Positions 35,240 to 49,086 of a stretch of 64,000 nt of DNA are shown here, piece by piece. Each line of letters starts with the position of its first letter. Position 1 is the first letter of the stretch. Source of the stretch: Felis catus. Lineage: Eukaryota. The notes under the pieces were generated by a model. It was not told the DNA's origin, did not search any database, and worked only from the letters and a program-made list of their open reading frames with translations. The position numbers were made by a program, and so were the translations under genes. The stretch is taken from positions 13,456,001 to 13,520,000 of the forward strand of contig NC_058369.1 of the NCBI RefSeq assembly GCF_018350175.1, read 5' to 3'.

Positions 35240-36020
35240 ACTCAGAAGGGGTTCGCGCGGCGGGGAGAGAGGGAAAAGGAGACGTGAACAGATTGACGTT
35301 TTGAGGGCAGGGGGCTACGTTCCACCGCCTCACCTAACAGGCGCCAACGCCCCGCCCCCGCCGCCCGCAGCCCTGGCAACGCCCCGCCCCTCCGCCCGCG
35401 GCCCTGGCAACGCCCAGCCCACTAAGCCGGCACGCGGGTCCGCCAGCCTCGCTTCCGCGTCGCTCGCTCCGCCCCGCGAGGCCCCGCCCCCGCGAGGCCC
35501 CGCCCCCGCGCTCGCCTGGGCGGGTTCCCGGCCGCGTTCCGGGGCGCGCGCTTCCTCCTCGCCCCCTAACCCCAGCCCCGCGGCGCGCACCCCCTACCCC
35601 GCTCCGCGGGGCTCCTGGGGCCAATCCCGCCGCGGAGGTTCGTGCCCCGCCGCCGCCGCCGCTGCGCCCCCGCGCCTCCCGGGTCTCGGGCGGCGGCGGC
35701 GGCACAAAGAGAAGCAGCATGTCCGACCCCAGCTACTGGACGGCGGTGGCTGCGCCAGGCCACCGGAGCCGCCTTGCCAAGGGCGCGCTGCTGCAGCGCT
35801 CCAAGAGGTAGGGGGCACCGTGCGGGCAAAGGCGCGGCGGCCGGCCAAGCAAACACGAGTTGCCAGAAGTATATCCCGGCGGCGTGGCGTGGGCCACTGT
35901 GTGCGGCGGTAGGGGGCGGGGGGGGGGACGCTTTGGGATCGAGGTATCCTCTAGGACCCCAGATACCCTCGTTTCGCCCGTCGTTACCCCGGAGTGGGGT
36001 GTCTGCCCGCCGGGGTCATA
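35240..36020 (+). promoter_or_regulatory. Internal CpG-island promoter for MAST3 exon 1c
   Basis: Very CpG-rich, GC boxes, CCAAT at 35621, duplicated CCCTGGCAAC RFX-like half-sites. Confidence 0.8.
35719..35807 (+). CDS. MAST3: MAST3 alternative first exon 1c (MSDPSYWTAVAAPGHRSRLAKGALLQRSK)
   Basis: agcATG, donor GTAGGG, phase 2; resembles the MAST1 N-terminus (MSDSLWTAL...RRTKS). Confidence 0.85.
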
Positions 36021-38291
36021 GTTAAGGGGGTAACACAGGCAGAAGGGACTTGGGACCGAGTCAGGATTCGAACCCGGGTCTCTAGGCCTGGGAGACCTGG
36101 GGAGGAGCTTCTTGGAAAAACTGAGGCTAGTCTGGCCCTGGGGCTCAGTTAGCGGAAATATTGTCTCAGAAGCAGATATTTACCGCACGAGGCTGGCATG
36201 CAGGTCGTGTGTCAGGAGCCGGGTCACGGGGGTAAAATACTGGGTTTAGCCTCCAGCGAAGCCTGGCTTCTCTTGGAGTCTGTTTCCTCTTCTGAAAAGA
36301 AAAGGCCAGGTAAGGGCTGTGGACTTTACAGGACTTGGGTTCAAATTCCTGCCCAGCCACTGCCTGGCTGTGTGACCTTAGGCAGTTCCTTAACCTCTCT
36401 GTTCTTAGATGTTTCACTGGTGCTGGGTTGGGGCGTTCCTAGAGGGCTAGGCACCGAGACCAGCTGCTGAAGGACCTGGAATGCTAGGTTCAGGGCTGAG
36501 ACGCTTCTCCCAGATCCTGTGGAGCTACAGAGGGCTTATGGGCACCTTAGGGACCGGGTACAGGAAGCTGGCCTCAGGCCAGCGTTTTCTGTCGTGTTCT
36601 CACTCTGTGTTGTCCCACTTGGGTGTTTATTGAATGGCTAGGCAGAGCTTCTCAGCGTCCTGGGCCTTCTCCAGAGAGGGCTGAGCAAATAGTCGACACT
36701 AGACAGTTGCTCGGGAAGTGCACAAATGATGCCCGGTTCCCCTTTGAGACCTCAAATATGGCTGTGTTTTCTTTTCAAGAAGGCCCCGCCTGAGAGCGAG
36801 AGGGGGGTGGCCAAGTGTTTTTCCCAAAGGCAGCTGTTAGTGATAAATGATGCATTGGGGTGCAGCATGGAGCTGAGGACCCAGATGAGGGCTGGGAGAG
36901 GATGTGGGACTGGCGGGGGTATGGGTGTGTGTGGGGGGGGTGTTGTTGGCAGGAAGTCTTGCAGGAACCTGTGGGTTTCACTTTTGCTTCTGTACATCAG
37001 ACTACAGGACAGTTCCTTGCGGCTGTTGACATCCGTGGCCTCAGTTTCCTCGGCTGGGAAGGGGGTGCGACTGGTGTCTCTCACCTCCGGGTTTGTTGGG
37101 ATTGGCAGAGGGTGACTTAATTCACCGGGGAGGCATTGCCTGCCCTCCCACTGCGTGCACTAGACCCTGCAGGAGTTGTGGGGAGAAAGATGACGATATA
37201 CGTGCCCACGGCCATCGACCCAGTGCTGGGCCCAGAGCTGAACACTGTGTACGTAGTTCATCAGATGGGGAAACAAGCTCAGAAGGGCAGGTGCACATAG
37301 TGTCGTGGACAGGCTGGATCCCTCCTCCCTGCCTGTCTTGATGCCTGGGTCGGCGGCTGACCCTGCTCTCCCGTGTCTTAGCCTGCTCTGTGCCTTCTGC
37401 CTGGGACACCATTCCTGGCCCTGTAAGGCCCTGAGGTTTCTCTCTCCCTCCCTGCGCCACTGAGCTGCGTTGGCGGCTCAGAGTATGTGGGCTGCTGCAC
37501 TTGTCGAGCAAGCAGAGCCGTTGCTGGGCGACTGCACCGGGGAAGGTGGGGAGACGGTTCGCTCTCAATTTCCCTCTGCCAGGGCGGGGGCCGGGGCCGG
37601 GGCCCAGGTGGGAGAGGCTGGGCAAGCGTGGGAGTGGCCTGGGCCAGGGGGTCTGGAAGCCAGAAGACAAGGGGGATGGAGGGAGGGAAACGTGTGGGCA
37701 AAAGTTGGGTAGAACAGGAAGGACAGGACCTAATGTGCGAGATGCTGATTTTCGGGGGGTTTTAAGGATCAGGTTGGCATTTGGGGGGGATCGTGGGGAG
37801 GAAGGTCGCCAAGAGATGGGGGCAGGGAGCCTGAGAAGGGGTGCGTGGAATGGAATGGGAACCTGCCTCAGTTCACCAGTGAGCTCCGGGGTCCTCTCCA
37901 CTCTCTGCCTTATTTGCCGGTGCTCCTGGCCGGGGCATGGCGTCCGCGAAGGAGTGGGGGTGGGGTGGTGAACACAGAAGCGTGAGAGGGCTCACGGGGG
38001 GCTCCTGGCCATGTGCAGTGTCCCCCAGGAGTCTGGAAGTGTTTCATGCCACCACTGATAATAATAAGAGTTTTGACAGTGGGTAACATTTGTCAAAAAT
38101 GACTACCCCAGACCTCAAAGGCCGAGCTAAGGGCCATGCAGGAGTCCAACTGGGGGCAGAGTGGCAGTGGTCACACCTAGCTTCCCGTCCTGCCCCAAAG
38201 CTGGCCATATGTGCGCTCTGGCTTGGGCACGTGGTCCTCTGAGCCCTGAGGCCCGGGCCAGCGCCTGACCTTGTCCCCACCTCCCTGACAG

Positions 38292-38380
38292 CTGCCGCAG
38301 TGGGAACCGCAAAAGCCTGGTGGTGGGAACGCCCTCCCCAACCCTCTCCCGGCCCCTGTCTCCGCTCTCAGTTCCAACAG
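38292..38380 (+). CDS. MAST3: MAST3 exon 3 ([29 protein letters not shown])
   Basis: tgacag / GTGAGT, 89 nt. Confidence 0.95.
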
Positions 38381-38463
38381 GTGAGTGTGGGAGCAAGCCT
38401 GCAGGGGCGGTGTCCCGTCTCTGCCCCCTCTGCCTCAGTTTCCCCTGCCTGCTTCTTCCTCAG

Positions 38464-38536
38464 CAGGCAACAGCCCCCTGGATAGTCCTCGGAACTTCTC
38501 CGCTGCGTCGGCCGTGAACTTCCCCTTTGCCCGAAG
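38464..38536 (+). CDS. MAST3: MAST3 exon 4 ([24 protein letters not shown]); NAGNAG acceptor, alternative start 38467
   Basis: cctCAGCAG / GTGAGT. Confidence 0.93.
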
Positions 38537-39250
38537 GTGAGTGGTCACTGGCTTTGAGGGATGACCTCAGCACAACCGGTGAGGGCACAGGCAGCGGCAT
38601 GCTCTTGGTGGTTGGCCCTGCCTCTTCATTCGCCTTTTCCCCTCCCCTGTCCCCTGCCCTGTGACGGTCTCTCCCCCTGGCTTCTGCCCCCGGCAAACGC
38701 GCGGCCTTCTGCAGCCACGTCCCGCGCATGGACAGGTAATTTCAGGGAGCCCTTGGGGAGGAGGAGGGCACACCATCCAGGCTAAAATCACTAATTCACT
38801 AAAAATCATTAATTTACTTAGAGTTGACGTTGGACCAAGCATTTAAATGTTACTCGTTCACTCATTAACATTTATTGAGCACCCGTTACATGCCGTACCC
38901 TGTGCCGGGGGCCGAGGAAGGGGGAGGAGGCTGGACTTCGACCCTTGGGGAGTCCTCAGTCTCAAGGGGGTGACTGGCATGTATCCCAGCAACTGCAACT
39001 CACAGAGGTCAGAGCTTCGATGTGGGAGGCACTGGCAGCTGGGTCAGGGAGGGCTTCCTGGAGGAGGTGTCAGAAGGACAAGGAAAAAAACACACAGTGG
39101 ATTCGTTCCCCTTGAACCTCTGTTCTCCGCCTTTTCAGAAGGTCCTTCCTCCAACAGGGCCAGCACCTGCCAGCCGCGGTCGCCGTCCTTAGTCCCCACA
39201 AACCACGGGGGCCATGCCTCCTTTCCAACTCTTCTGGGTCTCTCCTCTAG

Positions 39251-39329
39251 GGCTGACGGCAGAAGATGGTCCCTTGCGTCTCTCCCATCTTCTGGCTATG
39301 GAACCAACACACCCAGCTCCACCGTCTCG
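39251..39329 (+). CDS. MAST3: MAST3 exon 5 ([27 protein letters not shown])
   Basis: ctctag / GTACCC, 79 nt. Confidence 0.95.
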
Positions 39330-39775
39330 GTACCCACAGTCCCACCTTGGCCAGCAGACAGGCGGGTGCGAGGTGGGGCGGGACACGTCTTTGGTTTTTA
39401 TCAAGGTGTCGGATAGTTGTCCGGTCAACAAACATCCTGGCTGCCCCCTCTGTGCCCCATTCCGGGCAACGTGTGGGTCCCTGAAAGGACCCAGCCTCGG
39501 TCCCGGGGAGTCCCCGTTCTGGAGGACACAGACATCCCCATCCTGTGCGGTTAGGGCCTGGCCGGAGGGAGTCTTAGGGTTGCTTAAGGAGCAGGCGGCG
39601 AGGCTTGCTGGAGGAGGGGGCATCAGAGCTGGGGTTTTGAAGGATGTGTAGAAGTCAGGCAGGAGAGTGTTAACATCTAATGACCAGCAGGCAGCCTAGG
39701 CCTTGAGGGGTGATGCTGGGGTTCTGGCTTTGGCGCTGACTGTGAACTCGTGGCCCTGATACCCCCTCCTGCCAG

Positions 39776-39936
39776 TCGAGCTCATCCTCCCGGGAGCGCC
39801 TCCACCAGCTTCCTTTCCAGCCGACACCGGATGAACTATGCTTCCTGTCCAAGCATTTCCGCAGCTCCGAGAGCGTGGCTGACGAGGAGGGCGGCCACCG
39901 CTCACCCCACCTTCGTCCCCGTTCCCGCAGCCTCAG
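39776..39936 (+). CDS. MAST3: MAST3 exon 6 ([21 protein letters not shown]...RPRSRSL)
   Basis: tgccag / GTGGGC, 161 nt. Confidence 0.95.
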
Positions 39937-40121
39937 GTGGGCCTTGACCTCTAACCTCAGCCCCTCCCCGGGCTGCCTTTGGGGCCCACATTGTGGCCCC
40001 TCCTCCACCTCTGGCCCTGACCCTGTCCGAGCCTGGCCTCTGATCCTCGACCCTCCCCTGGACTGGATTTCTGGTCCCACGTCACAAGCTGACTGTCCCC
40101 CGCCTGCCCCTTCCCCTTCAG

Positions 40122-40197
40122 CCCGGGACGCACAACAGGGAACTTCGACAATGAAATCGTCATGATGAATCACGTGTACCGGGAGAGGTTCCCCAAG
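40122..40197 (+). CDS. MAST3: MAST3 exon 7 ([25 protein letters not shown])
   Basis: cttcag / GTGGGC, 76 nt. Confidence 0.95.
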
Positions 40198-40502
40198 GTG
40201 GGCAGCGCCCGGTGGCTGCACCGGCCCTAACTCCCCTCCATGTTGTTGTCCCTCCTTGGCACCCTGTCTTCTTGGCTGTATCCCCCCCATCTCTCCATTT
40301 TTGTCTGTCCCTGTCTCTCTGTCTCAAAGCGCCCCCCTCCAACCGAGGCATATTACTTCTTCCCCCCCCAGTTCTCTGGCCCCGTCGTCCCCATCATCAC
40401 ATTCTCCCCCACAACTGCCTGTCTTGCCCCCACCTGTGTGTATTGCCCCCCCCCTCCCCCAGCCCCGTCCAGTGACCAGGTTGTCCCATCCGCCCTGCCC
40501 AG

Positions 40503-40712
40503 GCCACGGCACAGATGGAAGGCCGTCTGGAAGAATTCCTTGCTGCTTTTGCACCCGGTGCCCGGCTGGCCCTGGCCGATGGCGTCCTGGGCTTCATCCA
40601 CCACCAGATCATTGAGCTGGCCCGCGACTGCCTGGCCAAGTCTGGAGAGGCCCTCGTCACCTCCCGCTACTTCATGGAGATGCAGGAGAAACTGGAGAGG
40701 CTGCTACAAGAT
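40503..40712 (+). CDS. MAST3: MAST3 exon 8 ([12 protein letters not shown]...EKLERLLQD)
   Basis: gcccag / GTGCGT, 210 nt. Confidence 0.95.
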
Positions 40713-40807
40713 GTGCGTGGGGGGGGTGGGGGGTGGGGGGTGTAGGGGTCCCCGGGGAGGGCAGGGCCAAGGGCCTGCAGGCGACGCCATCACCCGCCTC
40801 TCCCTAG

Positions 40808-40909
40808 GCCCACGAGCGCTCGGACAGTGAGGAGGTCGGCTTCATTGTCCAGCTTGTCCGGAAGCTGCTCATCATCATCTCGAGGCCGGCGAGGCTCCTT
40901 GAGTGCCTG
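40808..40909 (+). CDS. MAST3: MAST3 exon 9 ([10 protein letters not shown]...RPARLLECL)
   Basis: ccctag / GTGAGT, 102 nt. Confidence 0.95.
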
Positions 40910-41192
40910 GTGAGTCTCTGCACCCAGCCAGGTGTGGGGCCCAGCGGTTGAGACTAGGCCGCTAGAACCGTCCTGCTGAGATACAAGAGACATGCCCATC
41001 GGGTGGGGTTTGGAGAGGAGCACGGGGTGCCTCCCGGCTGGGCTGGGCTCTTTTCCCCAGGGAAGTGCCGGGAGCTGAGATCTGGAGGGGAGAGTTGGAG
41101 CCACCGATAGTGAAGCCACGGAGGGAACAGCACGGGCCAAGGCCTGGAGGTGGGCACAAGCCCCGGCTTACCGGCCCCTCTGCCACCCCCAG

Positions 41193-41325
41193 GAGTTTGA
41201 CCCTGAGGAGTTTTACCACCTGCTGGAGGCTGCCGAGGGCCAGGCCCGAGAGGGCCAGGGCATCAAGACGGACCTGCCTCAGTACATCATTGGGCAGCTG
41301 GGCCTGGCTAAGGACCCCCTCGAGG
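41193..41325 (+). CDS. MAST3: MAST3 exon 10 ([16 protein letters not shown]...KDPLE)
   Basis: ccccag / GTAAGC, 133 nt. Confidence 0.95.
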
Positions 41326-42790
41326 GTAAGCTGACGGGAGTAGGGTGGAAAGGGAAAACCAAGGAGAGGCCGGGGCAGAGCTGTGATTCGAACCCAGAGC
41401 CGTCAACTCCACAGCTGCCATGATGTCCTTCGTCTCTCTGTGGCTCTGCCCTCAGCCACCTGTGGGGCCCACTGTGGGAAAGTGCCTGGGGTTCCTGGGT
41501 CAGCCAGCTGTAAGTGGGACCTCTGATCTCTGACCTGACTCCTCCCACGAGTCCCCAAAGTACTTTCCTGATTTCATCATCTGACCGTGGCCCAGGAGAC
41601 GGACTTAGAGTCGGGCAGGACTTAGAGTCGAACCCGTGGGCTTGACCAAGCTGGTCAAGAACTCCCCCCAGACAGCAGAGTCAGGAGAACTGAGATGTGG
41701 GACCCGGGGAGCGTCGAACTTGGACCTGACCTGGTCCAGGTGCGGCCATGGGAGGCTCTGGGGAAAGGTTGATGTGTAAGCGAGTCCTGGCGGATGGAGA
41801 GGTGACCAGGTACGGATCTGGGGAAGAGAGGGGGTGAACCGGGCAGGGGGGGAGGGTGAAAGCAAAGGCCCTGAGGTGTGCAGGAAGAACAGTGAGGGGG
41901 GAAGCGCCTGGAGCTGAGGAAGAAGCAAAGCTGGGAGAAGGTGGTGCGCTTTGCCACAGTGGCTGGCGTCTGCCCAGCATCACTGCCTTGTTAACCCTGG
42001 GACTGGGCTGCCATTGTCCCCGTTTAAGGCTGAGGCTCCAGGCAGGTGAGGTCGAGCAGGGATTCAGACCTCGGCGGGCCCCAGGCCAGACCGCTTGTCG
42101 ACTGGCTGTGTGGCCCCGGCTGTGCCTGGCTGTCCAATGAAGGCAGGTGGTGCCGTGGGCGGCCCCGGGGTCAGAGGAAGCAGAAAGTGGCCGGGCAGTT
42201 GGCAGCTGAGACCGTGGGGCAGGTCATCTATCCAGTGTCCCCGGTGGGGAACCTACTGAGTAAAAGGGGCTGTATTCAAACCCAGACCTCCCTCACCCGT
42301 GAGACCTCATTGTCCCATCCCAGCCTTGCTCCGTGACCGTGAGACACTGTCATGATTCAGTGCCATCATCACCGCTCACTCGGGGCCGCCCCTCTGCCAA
42401 AGCCCTAGGGCCAGAAAACGGCGTGGGTGGGGGGCTCCCTCTGGGCCACACCCTCAGCTGAGGAGGATGTTAGGAGCCAAGACCCAGAGGGCCCATGTCA
42501 CAGCCTGCGTTAACAGGCCCAAGGCTCGGAGCCAGGATGATGGCTGTGCCATTCAGAGGCTGGGCTTCCCACGGGTCCTTCTGGAAAGTTCCTCAGTCGT
42601 TGCTTACTCCGGCCTGGGTTTGGCCAAGGTCTGGACGTAGTAGGGGCTCGATGATGCGATGATGGTATCGTGGGAGCCGGTCAGGGAGGCACTACGTCCC
42701 CAGGATGAGCCCTGGAGGCCTTGGGAAATCTCTGGGCGATCGAGGCACAGGCACGGAGGCATCATTTGAGGCTCCTCCCTTGTCTCACAG

Positions 42791-42852
42791 AAATGGTGCC
42801 TCTGAGTCACCTTGAAGAGGGAGGACAGCCTCCAGCACCTGAGTCCCCGGAG
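42791..42852 (+). CDS. MAST3: MAST3 exon 11 (EMVPLSHLEEGGQPPAPESPE)
   Basis: tcacag / GTAAGT, 62 nt. Confidence 0.93.
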
Positions 42853-43252
42853 GTAAGTCACAGAGCTTTGACGCCCCCACCTGTCGGGTTCTTTTCAAGG
42901 TAGATCAGGCAGCCGTGGGAGGGGCTGGGTGTGCGGACGTGTTGCATGTAGTAGCTGCTTAGTAAATGCCTGTGACTTGAGGGAGAAGGTAGAGGCGAGT
43001 GCCCTGCCCTGGCGGTTGGACAGGGCAAGGCTGGAGGGGATACTGGAAAGGGGCGTTTTGGAAGATGTCTAGGAGTTTTCTGGAAGGAGGACGTGGCTCC
43101 AGCCAAAGCTCAGAAACTCAGAAGCTGAGTTTGAGAAGTCTGGAAGGAGAAAGTAGCAACAGATGTCGGGACCAGTGGCTGGGACTTGAAGGCAGGAAGA
43201 GCCCAGCCTGCTCTGAGGTGGGGCAGGACCCTGACCCTTCTTTGCCCCCTAG

Positions 43253-43338
43253 AGCCGTGCCCTGGTCGGCCCATCACGGAGGAAGCCGTGTGAGAATGAC
43301 TTCGAGACCATCAAACTCATTAGCAACGGAGCCTACGG
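43253..43338 (+). CDS. MAST3: MAST3 exon 12 (SRALVGPSRRKPCENDFETIKLISNGAYG), kinase domain start
   Basis: ccctag / GTAAGT, 86 nt. Confidence 0.95.
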
Positions 43339-43964
43339 GTAAGTCCTCGGGTCCCCCATGGGCTGATTTCTCAGCCGCCCACGGGGATGCCTGAGGTCCA
43401 GCGGCCCCCGAATGTGCAGTCCGGGAAGCTGAGGCCTGAAGAGGGCCGTAGAGACACGGTACAGCCAGGCCAGGGTCTCAGACAGGCTCCGCCACGGTCT
43501 AGGCCATTACCTGCCCCAGGTGTAGGGAGTTCTAGGTATACAAGGAAAAAGATGGCCCCGTGGTGGCGGTAGTGAGCAGTGAGTGTTATTTTAGTGCTAC
43601 TTTGACAGGTCCGCGTGGGGCTGGGGTGGGAGGGGGAGTCCTTCACAGGATAAGATTATCCAGAAGGGGCTTGTGTGCCTGGGTGATGTGGCTCAGCAGC
43701 ACTGCCAGGAGTCTGGGTCAGGGAGCTCCAAGAGGGAGCAGTGGCTTGGGGTCTTTTTAGCCCCAGGGTTCACCTTCCGGGTGGCTAGTAAATTTGGTAT
43801 CGTTTCACTACGGATGCAAAGCTGGCAAGCTCTCAATGGTTAAAAATCTCATTTGGGCCCTATTTAAAGCACTTTGAGTTTGGTGCCAGGGGGCTTTTGA
43901 CTGCAGGGGTCTCAGTCTGCCGTGAAGACATAAGCCAAGGGCCATCTCTGTCATATCGATGTGA

Positions 43965-44579
<615 letters not shown>

Positions 44580-44988
44580 TAGGCGGGGGGGGGGAGGGGG
44601 GGCGGGTACCAGTGAGCAGAGGCCTGAGGGCCAGAAGGGAGAGCAAGGACGGAGGGAGGGCGGGAGGTGTGGGTCAGAAGGGCCAGGATGATTGGGGGCC
44701 AGGGAGAAGAGTTGTTGGATCAGGTTTGCAGTTAAAGAATGAGCAAGGCCTTCAGGTGGTGCAGGGGTGTGCACTGTTCAAGGTCCTTCTAGGCAAGGAG
44801 GGGGAACGACGAGCACTTAGGAGGCACCGGCTGTGTACAGGGTAAGGAACCGTGTCCTCGCAGGGCTGCCGCCCTGCCAAGGGAGAATCAGGAATCTGGA
44901 TCTGCCCTCCCTCCTGCCCTTCTTGGTTCCCCACCTTGGTTTGGTATAGACCAGGGATGCTTTGCAGGAGGGTGGGGGGGTCTCGTAA

Positions 44989-45183
<195 letters not shown>

Positions 45184-46261
45184 TGAGCAGCCTGGGGCTT
45201 TGGGAGCGGGGCCTCTGATTGGGGTCTGGGGCTGCTCAGAGCTGCCCGCCTATCCAGGTCCTGCTGGCCCATGGGCCCCTGGCAGCAGGAAGACAGGGAG
45301 CAGTGGCAACTTTGGGCACCTGGTGTATACAGAGGAGGACAGGTCCTTAAGAGGCACCTGCTGTATGCGAGGGGAGGATAGTTGTATTTATGGAGATGCG
45401 GTCAGGCAAAGAGAGAATGTGCACTTTAGGGTGCACACAACGCACAGGGGAAGGGACTGTGCACTCACAGAGTTACCACGGCACAAGAGGAGAGAGCGTG
45501 CATTTAGGAGGCACCGGCTGTATATAGGGAACAGGGACGTGCCCTTTGCAAGACCTTCTGTGTGGAGAAAGGGACTGTGCATGTCTTGAACACTTGTTGT
45601 GTGTTTGTGCAGGGAAGACAGGAAGAGATGTTCATTGAGAGCCTTGGGAAGTTTATTTTGCTCTAGCACCTAATAAGCACCTACTGCATGCCAGGTCCTC
45701 TGTGGGCGACCGTGAGACGCGTGTGTGAATAATCCATCGTGCTTTATAACCCCTACATAATTTGCAAGGCACTCTCCCCTGCATTAATTGAGCACCTGCT
45801 GTTTATAGAGCAAGGGGCTGCTCTTGATATCAAGTGCCGTCTGGATACCAGGCCAGGAGCTCGAGTTTCTTAGGTTCTTGCTGCACGGGGGTGTGAACAT
45901 CAGCATTAAGAGCCTGCACGTTTTCAGGCGTCTTGTAGTTTGCCAGCGGCTTAGAAAATAAAGTGTGTATTTGGCACCTGCCACGTACCTGGGCCTCTGT
46001 GCGCAACACTTGTCAATATGCTCTGTGCCGTCAGGTCTGTGGATCATCCTAGAGTGGGGTGGGGTCTCCTGAGTGACCCCAAGGCAGCACCTGCCCCTCC
46101 CAGGCTCGGGACCCCCATCTGCAAAATGGCACAGGCCGGTGCCCAGCCCCAGAGGGTTCAGGGAGACAGGCGCACACGATAGACACGCGAGAGAGATATT
46201 TTCGCCTTTCACTTTGGAAAATTCCAAATGCATCCCAAGGTCAAGAGAAGGCGCATTCATT

Positions 46262-46665
46262 CACTGGGGCTGTCAGAGCAAAGTAGCACAGAACTGGGCG
46301 GCTTAAACAATAGAAGTTTATTCTCACAGTTCTGGAGGCCAGAAGTCCAAGATCGAGGTAGCAGCAGGGCTCCCTCTGAAGTCCCCAGGGAAGGATCTCT
46401 TCCAGGACCCTCCCCCAGCTTCTGGTGATTTCTTGGCTTGTGGCGACATTGCCCCGCTCTTCACATGGCGTCCTCCCTCTGCATGTCTGGGTCCAAATGC
46501 CGTTCCTATAAGGACACCAGTCATACTGGATGAGGGGTCGCTGTACTCAGGGACGTCCTCCTCTTAACTAATCACACAACAATCCCGTCTCCAAATAAGG
46601 TCACGTTCGTAGTCACTAGAGGTCCGGACGTCAACATGTGACTTTGGAGGTACATAACTCAGCCC
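46262..46665 (-). mobile_element. MLT1-type (MaLR) solo LTR in MAST3 intron 14
   Basis: ggcttaaacaatagaagtttattctcacagttctggaggccagaagtccaagatc...tataaggacaccagtcat. Confidence 0.8.
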
Positions 46666-46857
46666 AGAACAGAAGGAAGGGTCCAGTGCCCCCCGTCCAC
46701 TCCCCGCATCCATCCCGTTTCCACAGCCTCCAACGCTTGGCCAATCCTGCTTCCTCCCCATCCCTGGGTCCCCCCACCCCCCATGATGCTGGGCAATTTG
46801 AAGCATATCCCAGGCATCGGATCATTTCATTATCATTTCATTTGTAAGAAGAAAAGG

Positions 46858-47085
46858 TTTTTTTTGTTTTTTTTTTTTTTAACATTTACCTATTTTTGAG
46901 AGAGAGAGAGAGAGAGAGAGCGCGAGCAGGGGAAGGGCAGAGAGAGAGGAAACAGAATCCAAAGCAGGCTCCAGGCTCCAAGCGGTCAGCACAGAGCCCG
47001 ACCCGGGGCTCGAACCCACAAGCCGTGAGATCATGACCTGAGCCAAACTTGGACACTTAACCCACTGAGCCACCACGGCACCCCC
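46858..47085 (-). mobile_element. Can-SINE
   Basis: poly-T, (GA)n, reverse head. Confidence 0.88.
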
Positions 47086-47841
47086 AGAACTTTTTAAAGA
47101 CAGTGGGTGCACAGAATCGTTCCTTTAGAGAGTCCGTGGATGCAGTTCTGTGCCAAGTAAACGGTTTATCAAACCACTTGGCTATACGCAGCTCTCCAGA
47201 AATTAAGCAGCCGAGGTACCAGGAGGTGCGCGAAACGGCGACTTTCTAAAGGTGGTGCGTATGGTTCTGTCATCTGGCAAGGCGTTTATATCCTTGAGCC
47301 GACGGGAAAACTAGAACAGCAGGGTGCATGGGAGGTGTACAAGGTTTTAAAAACGGGTGCCCTCAGGAGGTGCACGGAAATATTTCTGTATACAGCAGCT
47401 GCTCGAGGTATGTTCGTTTTTCGACAGGAAACGTAAATAACGAGGGCTTGCAAAGAAAGCATTTAGCGAAAACAAAAAATGGCCACGTGTGCAAAAATAT
47501 ACTGTGGGTTTCAGGCATTTTCATGCACAGCGGGGAGATGGTATGATTCTCGGGAGATGTAAATTCCAACAGCGGAGTATACAGTAGGTGCTCAGTAGCG
47601 ACACCAGCTGCATCCGGTGGGTGCACCGAGACATTTGCCAGATTGGCAGTATTGCCCAAGACCTGTCGGTCCTCGTGATGATGTGCCCGCGCTCGGGAAG
47701 TGCTTTCCGACCCCCTCGGGGGAGTTAAGCCGCCCTGGCTGGACCTCAGCCCACCTGGGGTGGCACCAGGTTCCGGGGCGGCATGAGAAGCCAGGCACCT
47801 CGGGCCCCCCAGCCCTGAGTGCCCCACCCGCCCACCCACAG

Positions 47842-47974
47842 CCTGCTCATCACCTCACTTGGCCACATCAAGCTGACCGACTTCGGCCTGTCCAAGATTG
47901 GGCTCATGAGCATGGCCACCAACCTCTATGAGGGCCACATCGAGAAGGACACCCGGGAGTTCGTGGACAAGCAG
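47842..47974 (+). CDS. MAST3: MAST3 exon 15 ([18 protein letters not shown]...FVDKQ)
   Basis: ccacag / GTGTGC, 133 nt. Confidence 0.96.
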
Positions 47975-48108
47975 GTGTGCGGGCGGGCAGGTGGCCCTGG
48001 GTGCGGGGCCGCCCCCCCTCTATCTGGATCCTGACCCTCAGGACGCGGCGAGACTTTGCAGTATGAAGGAGAAAATAAACCGCACCCCCCCCGCCCCCCG
48101 CCCCGTAA

Positions 48109-48552
<444 letters not shown>

Positions 48553-48984
48553 TAGGGAACATCAGATACAAAAAAAAAGTGCCCAGGAAAAGAAGCAGGA
48601 AGAGGGGAGGGGATAGGGTAGCAGAGGTGTTGGGGGCGGGGCTCGGGGGGGGGGCTGCATTAAATAGAGGGTCATGGAGGCCTCGCCAAGGTGACGGTGT
48701 GAGTAAAGACCTGAAGGAGCAGCAGGGAGTCCCAAAAGTAGAAGAGGGGAAGGTGTTCTGGGCAGAGGGTGCAGCCACAGCAAAGGCTGTGTATGAGGTG
48801 GGACCGAGCCTGGTGTGTTGATGGAATAGAAAAGGCTGATGGCTTAGAGTACAGTGAGTGAGGGGAGGTGGTTGGAGGTGCTATGAAGGGCTGTCCTCAC
48901 CCTCTCACTCTCTTTTATTTTATTTTACGTTTACTATTATTTTTTTAATTTGACTTGATTTATTTTTCCCTCTCCTCATTTTAG

Positions 48985-49086
48985 ATGAGATCATGTGGCC
49001 CGAAGGGGATGAGGCCCTTCCAGCAGATGCCCAGGACCTCATCACCAGGCTGCTCCGACAGAGCCCACTGGACCGTCTGGGCACTG
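48985..49086 (+). CDS. MAST3: MAST3 exon 17 ([13 protein letters not shown]...DRLGT)
   Basis: ttttag / GTATGT, 102 nt. Confidence 0.95.
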
